DNA of 20,141 nt from Fusobacteriota bacterium (lineage in GTDB: Bacteria > Fusobacteriota > Fusobacteriia > Fusobacteriales > JBNJFI01), in assembly GCA_051746725.1 (NCBI GenBank), contig JBNJFI010000034.1, forward strand, positions 1-20,141, read 5' to 3'. The notes below the pieces were generated by a model. The model was given only the letters and a program-made list of their open reading frames with translations, did no database searches and had not been told where the DNA came from. Shown in pieces: positions 17,385-20,141 of this stretch; within the stretch, counting starts at the first letter, position 1, and every line of letters begins with the position of its first letter. A program made the translations under genes and the position numbers.

Positions 17385-19979
17385 TTACTCAGAATTTTTC
17401 TTCTCATTCTTTTTTGCCTTATAATCCAACTCTCCATCCTTAATATCTAAAACTATAGTACTGTCTTCTGTTATCTCACCAGATAATATTAACTTACCTA
17501 GACTGCTCTCGATTTCTCTTTGAATATATCTCTTAAGAGGTCTTGCTCCATATTCAAAATCATAACCTTCATCTGCTATCTTGGCTGCTGCTTTTTCAGT
17601 TACTTCTAATTTTAATCTTTTGTCTTTTAATAATTCATTCATATCTTTTATTAGTAATTTTACTATCTCTTTTATATTTTCCTTTGTTAAAGAGTTAAAG
17701 AAAGTGACAGCATCTATTCTATTTAAAAATTCAGGTTTGAAAGTCTTTTTCATGTCTGCCATTATTTCAGCCTTAAGCTCGTCTGTAATCTCTTTTTTCC
17801 CTACTATGTGTGAACTTCCTATATTAGAAGTCATTATAATTATCGTGTTTTTAAAATCAACTTCTTTTCCCTTTCCATCTGTTAAACGTCCATCATCTAA
17901 TAACTGTAACAGAGTATTAAATACTTCTGGGTTGGCTTTTTCTATTTCGTCAAATAATATAACTGAATATGGCTTTCGTCTTATAGCCTCTGTAAGTTGT
18001 CCCCCTTCATCATAACCAACATATCCTGGAGGAGCTCCTATTAATCTCGTTACACTAAATTTATCCATATACTCTGACATATCAATTCGAACTATATTAT
18101 CTTCGCTATCAAATAAGTTATATGCTAACTTTTTTGCCAAATGAGTCTTTCCAACTCCAGTAGGCCCTAAGAATATAAATGATCCTATAGGTTTTTTTGG
18201 ATCTTTTAATCCAGACCTAGCTCTGATTATAGCATCGGATACATTTTGAATTGCCTCTTCTTGACCTATAACTTCTTCTTTTAACTCAGATTCTAGGTGT
18301 AATATTTTATCTTTTTCTCCTTCAACTAATTTACTAACAGGTATGCCTGTCCAATTAGAAACTATTTCAGATATCTCTTCTTCTGTTATTTCTTCCTTTA
18401 ATAATTTATTTTTAGATGAAGTTTTTCCCTCTTCTAATTTTTCTTCTTCTTTTTTTAATTTCGCTTCAAGATCGGCTTTCTTCCCATATCTTAATTCTGC
18501 TAATTTTTCTAAATCATAATTCCTTTCAGCTTCAGATATTTTTAAATTAACCTCTTCTAGCTTTTCTTTTAATTCTTTTACCTTAGAAATTTCTGATTTT
18601 TCTAAATCCCACTGACTTCTCAATTTTTTCTTTTTATCTGTTAACTCAGAGAGCTCTTTTTCTAATTTTTTTAATCTATCTTTTGAAACCTTATCACTTT
18701 CTTTTTTAAGCGCCTCTTTTTCAATTTCGAGCTGCATTATACGTCTTGTAACTTCATCTAATTCAGCTGGTAAACTGTCGATTTCTGTTCTCACCTTAGC
18801 TGCCGCTTCATCCATTAAATCTATAGCTTTATCAGGTAAGAATCTATCTGATATATATCTATCGCTTAGTTTTACAGCCGAAACAATTGCTAAGTCAGAT
18901 ATTCTAACTCCGTGATGGACTTCAAATTTCTCCTTTAATCCTCTTAATATAGAAATAGAATCTTCCTGGGAAGGTTCATCTATAAATATAGGTTGAAATC
19001 TTCTCTCAAGTGCTGCGTCTTTTTCTATATATTTTCTATACTCATCTATAGTGGTAGCCCCTAGACACCTTAATTCTCCACGTGCTAACATTGGTTTTAA
19101 AATATTCCCAGCATCCATTGCTCCATCTGTCTTTCCAGCTCCTACTATAGTATGAATTTCATCTATAAACATAAGTATTTTTCCTTGGGAGTCTTTAACT
19201 TCTTTTAAAACTGCTTTTAATCTCTCTTCAAACTCTCCTCTGAATTTAGCTCCTGCTATTAAAGATCCCATATCCAGAGCAAAAACTGTTCTATCTTTTA
19301 GTGTTTCAGGTACATCTCCTTTTAATATTCTCTGGGCTAACCCTTCTACTATTGCTGTTTTACCAGTTCCCGGCTCCCCTATTAATATTGGATTATTCTT
19401 AGTTCTTCTAGATAATATCCTAATTACCCTTCTTATCTCCTCATCTCTACCTATTACAGGATCTAAATTTCCTTTTCTAGCTGATTCTACTAAATCCATT
19501 CCATATTTATCCAAAACATCATATGTAGATTCCGGGTTTTTACTATTTACCGTTTGATTTCCTCGTATTGAATCCAATACATTTTTAAAATTTTTCTTAT
19601 ATACTCCAAAATCTTTTAGCCATTTAATTTCATCTAAAAGTGCCAAAAATAAATGTTCTACACTAACGTAACTATCTTTATATTTTTCCATCTCTTTTTC
19701 TGATTTTTTTAATACTTTATCTAATTCTCTACTCAAATATACAGTCTCTTGTCCAGATACCTTGGCTTTTTTGCCTAACTCTTCTTCTGTTTTTTGAATT
19801 ATCTCATTTACATTAACCCCCATCTTATTCAAAATATTAGGGATTAATCCTTCTGGTTGACCAACTAAAGCTAATAACAGATGTTCCAACCCAATTTGAG
19901 AATGCTTATATTTTTCTGCAAAATCTTTAGCTTGTGATATACTTGCTAAACTTTTTTCAGTAAATTTTTCTTGATTCAT
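17385..19979 (-). CDS. clpB: ATP-dependent disaggregase ClpB
   Basis: 864 aa. Clp N-domain, NBD1 GEPGTGKT and FIDEIH, long coiled-coil M-domain, NBD2 [39 protein letters not shown] at 19987-19993. Confidence 0.97.
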   Translation of the reverse strand: MNQEKFTEKSLASISQAKDFAEKYKHSQIGLEHLLLALVGQPEGLIPNILNKMGVNVNEIIQKTEEELGKKAKVSGQETVYLSRELDKVLKKSEKEMEKYKDSYVSVEHLFLALLDEIKWLKDFGVYKKNFKNVLDSIRGNQTVNSKNPESTYDVLDKYGMDLVESARKGNLDPVIGRDEEIRRVIRILSRRTKNNPILIGEPGTGKTAIVEGLAQRILKGDVPETLKDRTVFALDMGSLIAGAKFRGEFEERLKAVLKEVKDSQGKILMFIDEIHTIVGAGKTDGAMDAGNILKPMLARGELRCLGATTIDEYRKYIEKDAALERRFQPIFIDEPSQEDSISILRGLKEKFEVHHGVRISDLAIVSAVKLSDRYISDRFLPDKAIDLMDEAAAKVRTEIDSLPAELDEVTRRIMQLEIEKEALKKESDKVSKDRLKKLEKELSELTDKKKKLRSQWDLEKSEISKVKELKEKLEEVNLKISEAERNYDLEKLAELRYGKKADLEAKLKKEEEKLEEGKTSSKNKLLKEEITEEEISEIVSNWTGIPVSKLVEGEKDKILHLESELKEEVIGQEEAIQNVSDAIIRARSGLKDPKKPIGSFIFLGPTGVGKTHLAKKLAYNLFDSEDNIVRIDMSEYMDKFSVTRLIGAPPGYVGYDEGGQLTEAIRRKPYSVILFDEIEKANPEVFNTLLQLLDDGRLTDGKGKEVDFKNTIIIMTSNIGSSHIVGKKEITDELKAEIMADMKKTFKPEFLNRIDAVTFFNSLTKENIKEIVKLLIKDMNELLKDKRLKLEVTEKAAAKIADEGYDFEYGARPLKRYIQREIESSLGKLILSGEITEDSTIVLDIKDGELDYKAKKNEKKNSE

Positions 19980-20026
19980 TATAATTCCTCCCTCTTTTCT
20001 TTAGAATAATAATAGTTTCGATATAA

Positions 20027-20053
20027 TTAGCACTCAAGTTGCCTGCTGGCTAA
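20027..20053. promoter_or_regulatory. CIRCE element (HrcA operator)
   Basis: TTAGCACTC-N9-GCTGGCTAA versus consensus TTAGCACTC-N9-GAGTGCTAA: one perfect arm, one 6/9 arm, exact spacing, upstream of a heat-shock chaperone. Confidence 0.8.
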
Positions 20054-20057
20054 TAAT

Positions 20058-20086
20058 AGTTTACAATATTATTTTCTACTTGTCAA
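20058..20086 (-). promoter_or_regulatory. Sigma-70/A promoter of clpB
   Basis: Minus strand TTGACA (20086-20081), 17-nt spacer, TAAACT (20063-20058); predicted start about 20051, at the CIRCE edge. Confidence 0.72.
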
Positions 20087-20141
20087 CCCCTTTTTTGATT
20101 TTTCATCTTCTATTTTATCTTCTATATAATAATTTACTAAT

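Noticed and set aside
1123..18015. All plus-strand ORFs in the track (for example 1123-1398, 5188-5694, 7991-8197, 11013-11339, 15958-16149, 17581-18015)
   Set aside because: They lie antisense to well-supported genes, have the F/S/I/L-rich composition of shadow frames and show no recognisable domains.

Overview
AT-rich bacterial chromosomal window with every real gene on the minus strand. A Fusobacteriota-like diderm anaerobe is my inference from composition and gene content; I could not confirm it. In transcription order (right to left) there are five blocks. (1) clpB and htrA/degP behind a sigma-A promoter with a CIRCE (HrcA) operator. (2) A signalling operon: REC/HD-GYP response regulator with a 1-nt frameshift near its 5' end, an AfuA-like orphan solute-binding protein, and a HAMP sensor histidine kinase. 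(3) A ~200-nt, relatively GC-rich, multi-helix intergenic element that I cannot match to a known RNA family, directly upstream of the RBS of a second, frameshifted family-3 solute-binding protein gene. (4) A sulfur cassette: cymR-like Rrf2 regulator, cysK, YfgJ-type zinc ribbon, metY, with a 25-bp Rrf2-type operator over its promoter. (5) miaB, GH13 glycosidase, single-domain response regulator, Ca2+/cation antiporter, rho, LysM/M23 peptidase. I found no tRNA, rRNA, CRISPR array or transposase. The best novelty candidates are the structured RNA at 10772-10975 and the binding protein-kinase-HD-GYP module beside it. All family calls come from motif recognition by eye; no searches were run.
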